Part shown: piece by piece, positions 55,401 to 58,149 of the stretch
Layout of the letters: every line of letters starts with the position of its first letter
Position numbering within the stretch: the first letter of the stretch is position 1
Translations under genes and position numbers: made by a program
Origin: a virus
Taxonomy: Duplodnaviria > Caudoviricetes
Direction: 5' to 3' (one strand)
Length of the DNA: 58,149 nucleotides
Virus record (IMG/VR): IMGVR_UViG_3300020470_000561
Location: 1-58,149 of that record
The notes under the pieces: generated by a model
The model's input: the letters and a program-made list of their open reading frames with translations, nothing else
Told to the model about the DNA's origin: nothing
The model's database searches: none

Positions 55401-56169
55401 CACATACCTCAGTCCTGTTACCACTCCACCCATTCATTGAGTGGGTACTACAGTCTGCCTTCGGTGGTGTCCATGCAGCACCAAAGTAAGGTCTAAACAA
55501 ACACTCAAGTGAATTTCTTACACACCTTTCCCAATCTATATTCTTCTCGCCATCATCAGGACACCAATACTTCTCACCTGTCTGTATATGTTCCCAGTAT
55601 CCGTTGTTTAAATTCTTAAGTAAATTCTTTACTCTTAACCTGACAACCTCAGCACACTGATCATCGCTACCACCCCATGTAATCTTCTCGTCGGGGTCGT
55701 TAGGATCAGGTAATTTAATAGTTATCTTACCATTCTTTAGAGGGTTAGGATCTATTAGAGGATCAATAAACTCTATGATAGGAGTAAAGTCCCAGATAAG
55801 ACCACTCGTATCTACCTCTGGGATATCTGGTGGTGGTTGTATCTTTGGTAGACCTGGATAACAACGACCAACTAGATTCTGTATCACCTCAGCAGGTGAT
55901 GGGTCTGGCTCTACTACAGCAGGTACAAAAGGTACCGTTGGAAACTGTGAGTCTAATGCGTTGGGAGAGTTAGGTACAGGTCCACCATAACATCTACCAA
56001 CTAAGTTTTGAATGATCTCAGCAGGACTAGGTGCTGGTACTGGACCAGATGTTGTTGCTTGGTTTGGATTCGCTGGATACACACCATCTAATGCGTTGGG
56101 TTGTAATACATTACCCATCACATTACCGTAACAACGGTCAACTAAATCTCTAATCTCCTGAGATGCCAT
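52414..56169 (-). CDS. large virion/surface protein with N-terminal repeats and a DUF4114-like Ca-binding segment
   Basis: Three E(I/V)xxLVxRCY repeats; AGYDNALG and WEDLINGDDDYDD; late box at 56192-56197. Confidence 0.7.
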   Translation of the reverse strand: MASQEIRDLVDRCYGNVMGNVLQPNALDGVYPANPNQATTSGPVPAPSPAEIIQNLVGRCYGGPVPNSPNALDSQFPTVPFVPAVVEPDPSPAEVIQNLVGRCYPGLPKIQPPPDIPEVDTSGLIWDFTPIIEFIDPLIDPNPLKNGKITIKLPDPNDPDEKITWGGSDDQCAEVVRLRVKNLLKNLNNGYWEHIQTGEKYWCPDDGEKNIDWERCVRNSLECLFRPYFGAAWTPPKADCSTHSMNGWSGNRTEVCVENCYPDRIPIYESKLDAAQPANVTFDSGGNLVATGTAGTATVVLRYWWNDRPSTAGTALSTIVVNGTTFTQSGRSGSQTETITISVPGTTSVTYNGLTGGFTVEDSATRLCVKDYDGNDCNGNFKIEAAISAGDHAYDQSAVPGAGYTNTSDGHAFYILKNEIPSVTVPLFKYYSTSKTDTFLTTNPGMPDTDGAGERATMNASGMVFREILGHVFPNATVMRSYLAPDEQAEALHRYHCSNPFDHMYSIDNFEESGFPVKIPDYFAYRVPTNPTADLTIEMDVEKGSAGYDNALGIYLADDTGPKVGRVVVTSARNGTNLYRAIVPKATLEPYAGGTMGFYLIPDGGGQNSLSVAQEMTFSPLNDGYSAVGISTAQSNYCLFSDKRWNPTDKDQTKWHGKNSQMWEDLINGDDDYDDLRLWHNLTWSFGGYFYEGIQCYVYGKAAPPKIMRKIQNESPCDSRILKYSFRDITLRRTDCGEKMPTINSNDVDYECAQCTGGYTIKINKEQTIPAQVGGTFRFVSMGGIAGGLFGECMKFTLKVKKNGVDLWTKQFEAAYWPKIGQDLYASDIVLTSGDNLTFEVVSIDVGPVTGDIALQVGLYDMKTTNFDSVFKLQLGTTPHDDVQGSTQGAPVGNDLQDNTSNVGEITGLAMQFRPTNKGEFEWEPGAKATHSWIDLSPPDPGDPMTNVWVGNTKVAMHGTNQIPAEIPGESRYINNPLMPNLPGGYIDTGYVLDENEYFSDSILPTYNYRQLTGVYNHLLENHLVTRFETLVGEFSAANKDVLLQAAPTTFAKGAVPWYTLGEQGTPGYQSVVDNLWDGWKVTPTWRDTYFNPVTFIHDYTLDNFAGTGASNFANAAKIRVGITFYPVVASFSANSRNVHYWQAAIHILEIISPGKGYTEAMEFVCTWPPIRDPVTEDQLTTPYYPDYESNFKIPGRPLVAWFEDDDLVKRTAKEAFYQESHNKSSPVWYFTTDRNKFRVKFKIIITSVTT

Positions 56170-56194
56170 TCATTTATAATATCCTACTCAATAT

Positions 56195-56275
56195 TTAGGG
56201 GTTAAAGTTAGGGTCATAATAGCAAAGCATTGCTGTAGTAGTGACAAGTGCACCAAGTATAAGAAGAATAGGCAT
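56195..56275 (-). CDS. 26-aa hydrophobic peptide MPILLILGALVTTTAMLCYYDPNFNP
   Basis: Translated by hand; GGAGG SD; starts 1 nt after the halogenase stop; its stop overlaps a TAAATA box. Confidence 0.7.
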   Translation of the reverse strand: MPILLILGALVTTTAMLCYYDPNFNP

Positions 56276-56276
56276 G

Positions 56277-57395
56277 TTACCTCCAATTAGTTTTTAATAA
56301 TGTCTCATAGTCATTACCTACCAGATTATGATGGGCAGACATCAGAGAGATGAAAGAGTAATAAGAGTATCCTTCTGACTGATTCCACTTACAATACTCA
56401 CCCTCATCAATCTTATTATACAACTCAGGGTCATCTACTGTCAAGGTTTCAACATATTTCCAGAAGGTACTTTTATATTTAGACCCATGGAGGTAATGAT
56501 AGAGAAGAAAGTTTGCATTCTCCTTAATCTTTCGTAAATTATTCTCAATAATATATTCTCTCGACCTAGCACCCCAGATATACTGCAAGGTATACTCCAA
56601 CCATACAAGGTAGCCAGTAATACTACTTGCTTCCATTGGTTCAATAAAGAAATACTTGTTGCCATTAAGAAAGACTCTACCCTCCTTATCAACAGGTGTC
56701 TTTGCACAATAGTTTGCAAAAGATCTATGACCTGTAAACTCGGCCACTTTAAATTGGTCTCGGAAGTTTTCTTCAGCTGTCTCTGTTTTGGTACATGTAC
56801 TGTTATAAAGGTACCCCAAGGTAGTACAACTACGAAGTGGTATCACAAAGCACCATCCATCTGGTGTTGCAACAGTCCGTGTCACTGTTGAGTTAGTCGG
56901 TGGTAACTCTGCAAGTATGACACTGTTGAGTGGGTTAGGTAGGATGAAGTAATCATCGTAGTTAGTAGGTGACCCACCACAATCATACACATAAGTGGCA
57001 TCAACATCATAAGGTGTTACCCTCCCCTCTATCATGTTGAAGATACCACTGCTACAAATATCGTCCTGAAATTTCTTAGGGTTGAAGTGCATTGCAAAAC
57101 TATTGATTGCAAACTCATGGAACCATCTGTGATTCTTACCCCACCCTTCATATAATATACCTGTCTTAGGTGTGGAGTCCCACCCCATACTATCCCATGT
57201 CCTCCATAGGGTAGGGTGTTGGTCAGCAACATCACCTAATAATTGTAGTAAGTTAGGCCACGATCCAGATCCTACAGGTTCAGTAGGTTGTGAGGAATCG
57301 TAATACATATCTACTTCTGCGTCTGGAAAATACTTCTTCCATACCAGACCAGTTAAGACACCTGCTAACCCCTTACCTATAATACCAACTCGCAT
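56277..57395 (-). CDS. divergent flavin-dependent halogenase-family protein
   Basis: GKGLAG, PVGSG, TPK (catalytic Lys position), DCGG, GWCFVIP, FIEPMEASS. Confidence 0.8.
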   Translation of the reverse strand: MRVGIIGKGLAGVLTGLVWKKYFPDAEVDMYYDSSQPTEPVGSGSWPNLLQLLGDVADQHPTLWRTWDSMGWDSTPKTGILYEGWGKNHRWFHEFAINSFAMHFNPKKFQDDICSSGIFNMIEGRVTPYDVDATYVYDCGGSPTNYDDYFILPNPLNSVILAELPPTNSTVTRTVATPDGWCFVIPLRSCTTLGYLYNSTCTKTETAEENFRDQFKVAEFTGHRSFANYCAKTPVDKEGRVFLNGNKYFFIEPMEASSITGYLVWLEYTLQYIWGARSREYIIENNLRKIKENANFLLYHYLHGSKYKSTFWKYVETLTVDDPELYNKIDEGEYCKWNQSEGYSYYSFISLMSAHHNLVGNDYETLLKTNWR

Positions 57396-57424
57396 AAAGA
57401 ATAATCAATCCATAATAGTTATAA

Positions 57425-57497
57425 TAGGAGTGGTGGGATTCGAACCCACACTGTAGAGATTTTAAGTCTCCTGTCTCTGCCGTTGGACTACACTCCC
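57425..57497 (-). tRNA. trnL: tRNA-Leu(TAA) with short variable loop
   Basis: GGGAGTG/CACTCCT acceptor stem, GGAGA-CTTAAAA-TCTCT anticodon arm, GTTCGAATC T-loop; 73 nt. Confidence 0.9.
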
Positions 57498-57574
57498 TGG
57501 CGACTCAGGTAGGATTCGAACCTACGACCAACGCTTTAGAAGAGCGATGCTCTTGTCCACTGAGCTACTGAGTC
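57498..57574 (-). tRNA. trnR: tRNA-Arg(TCT), CCA encoded
   Basis: GACTCAG/CTGAGTC-G-CCA; anticodon loop CTTCTAA; GTTCGAATC. Confidence 0.92.
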
Positions 57575-57579
57575 AAAGG

Positions 57580-57651
57580 TAGGACTGTCGGGAATTGAAC
57601 CCGATTCACACCGTTATAAGCAGTGGGCCTTAACCAATAGGCGACAGTCCC
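57580..57651 (-). tRNA. trnI: tRNA-Ile(TAT)
   Basis: GGGACTG/CAGTCCT-A; CACTG-CTTATAA-CGGTG anticodon arm; GTTCAATTC. Confidence 0.88.
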
Positions 57652-57676
57652 TTCACCGACTTCCATAATATAGCAC

Positions 57677-57704
57677 AAAAAAAGAGACCCCCGAAGGAGT
57701 CTCT
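57677..57704 (-). terminator. psbA terminator with cUUCGg tetraloop; overlaps an extended -10 (TGCTATATT) for the tRNAs
   Basis: AGAGACTCC-TTCG-GGGGTCTCT followed by a T run. Confidence 0.88.
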
Positions 57705-57726
57705 GATTAGGATGTCTTATTAAAGA

Positions 57727-58149
57727 TTATCCGATAGAAGGAGCAAGTAATGCAACCTCACTGGTCTCAGCAGCAGCCAAGTCAAGTGGGAAGTTGTGAG
57801 CATTACGCTCGTGCATTACTTCCATACCTAAGTTTGCACGGTTAAGCACGTCACCCCATGTAGGAACAACCTTACCATTAGCGTCCACTACAGACTGGTT
57901 GAAGTTGAAACCGTTAAGGTTGAATGCCATTGTGCAGATACCCATAGAGGTTAACCATACACATACAACAGGGAATGTTGCTAGGAAGAAGTGAAGACTT
58001 CTTGAGTTGTTGAATGATGCATACTGGAAGATAAGTCTACCGAAGTACCCATGGGCAGCAACGATATTGTATGTCTCTTCCTCTTGTCCAAACTTATATC
58101 CGTAGTTTTGTGACTCATTTTCTGTAGTCTCACGGATAAGTGAAGATGT
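57727..58149 (-). CDS. psbA: photosystem II D1 protein, 3' part (truncated by window edge)
   Basis: [65 protein letters not shown]. Confidence 0.99.
   Translation of the reverse strand, partial: TSSLIRETTENESQNYGYKFGQEEETYNIVAAHGYFGRLIFQYASFNNSRSLHFFLATFPVVCVWLTSMGICTMAFNLNGFNFNQSVVDANGKVVPTWGDVLNRANLGMEVMHERNAHNFPLDLAAAETSEVALLAPSIG

Noticed and set aside
56195-56275. PsbI identity for the 26-aa peptide (helix followed by DPxxNP)
   Set aside because: Similarity is limited to four residues and the helix lacks the Phe-rich PsbI pattern, so it is not supportable without a profile search.
57727-58149. Intron or homing endonuclease in or after psbA
   Set aside because: The visible part is one continuous frame followed directly by a terminator and tRNAs.

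Overview
A 58 kb AT-rich segment of a T4-like marine cyanomyophage, probably infecting Prochlorococcus judging from the psbA residues (inference). Almost all genes are on the minus strand. Read in transcription order (right to left): 3' half of psbA; three tRNAs (Ile-TAT, Arg-TCT, Leu-TAA); a divergent flavin-dependent halogenase plus a 26-aa peptide; a 1251-aa virion protein; a beta-barrel porin-like gene with a structured 5' leader; core and auxiliary genes (glutaredoxin, pyrE, thyX, phoH, exonuclease, gp33, gp32); a baseplate/tail module (gp53 and gp48 on +; gp4, gp2, gp54-like, gp26, gp51, two tape-measure-like genes, hub, gp5); cp12, cpeT and talC; tail-fibre-type genes including three glycine-rich paralogues; an unbroken run of two halogenases and six 2OG-Fe(II)/JmjC oxygenases; a ParB-like/MTase/PD-(D/E)xK/MTase cassette; and small early-type genes. 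Main leads: (1) a slippery heptamer T-TTT-TTC followed 9 nt later by a 15-bp hairpin, which would fuse gp26 to gp51 by -1 frameshifting at the position of the lambda G/GT tail-chaperone frameshift; (2) an apparently late-expressed halogenase/oxygenase cluster coupled to His/Tyr/Trp-bearing glycine-rich fibre proteins, a candidate virion-decoration system; (3) a phage-encoded restriction-modification-like cassette preceded by twin hairpins with matching loops. All calls come from motifs read by eye; no database searches or folding programs were run.
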